Shown here in pieces: positions 63,673 through 64,000 of a stretch of DNA of 64,000 nucleotides. The notes beneath the pieces were generated by a model that was given only the letters and a program-made list of their open reading frames with translations, was not told where the DNA came from and did not search any database. The DNA lies in contig CAVNZM010000003.1 of NCBI GenBank assembly GCA_963693365.1, positions 8,899,808 through 8,963,807 of the forward strand. The letters are read 5' to 3'. The stretch comes from Amoebidium appalachense (lineage: Eukaryota > Protista > Ichthyosporea). Within the stretch, counting starts at the first letter, position 1, and every line of letters starts with the position of its first letter. Made by a program: the position numbers and the translations under genes.

Positions 63673-64000
63673 CAGCCACCGTGCTGAATGGCTTCGACCA
63701 TGCTGCAGCATCTTCGCCTAACGGCTGAAAGGCCGTTTGAAGGTTAGTTTTGTGTTGCCTGCTTTTGCGCATATGGCGTTTGTCTGTCTGGTCTGTGTCC
63801 GTGCCTGTGATTATATCTGTGTCTGTGTCTGTGTCTGTGTGCGTGTGTGTGTATGTGTGTGTGTGTGCGTGCGTGTGCGTGTGTTCTGCTGGCTGCAGAT
63901 GCACGTTGCCTTTTCACGTTCATGAACCAGCGACTGTGGGCACTACTTTTGCTGTTAGCACTATAGCTATCATCCCCTCCACCAGTCGTTCAAGCTATTT

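Overview
Eukaryotic, transposon-dense window full of long poly-C/poly-G runs and (CA)n/(CT)n tracts. These runs generate most of the short low-complexity ORFs and probably several homopolymer frameshift errors. Only one clear host gene is present, a type-3 copper tyrosinase-like gene on the minus strand (~4.3-6.1 kb). The rest is a nest of mobile DNA. There are two near-identical Ty1/copia elements carrying different LTR variants, plus solo, partial and foreign LTRs. A complete Ngaro-type tyrosine-recombinase retrotransposon with split direct repeats sits in a copia LTR, and a deleted relative sits in a copia gag between 82-bp direct repeats. Also present are decayed MULE, Crypton-like, LINE and gypsy relics, a pogo/Tigger-like non-autonomous element with a cargo ORF, 147-bp and 183-bp tandem repeats, and a ten-copy array of a 69-nt exon-like unit. 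All calls were made by eye from motifs, repeats and target-site duplications (TSDs). No database search was run and the taxon cannot be determined. I found no system I can show to be new; the strongest leads are the Ngaro/copia relationship and the exon-like array.
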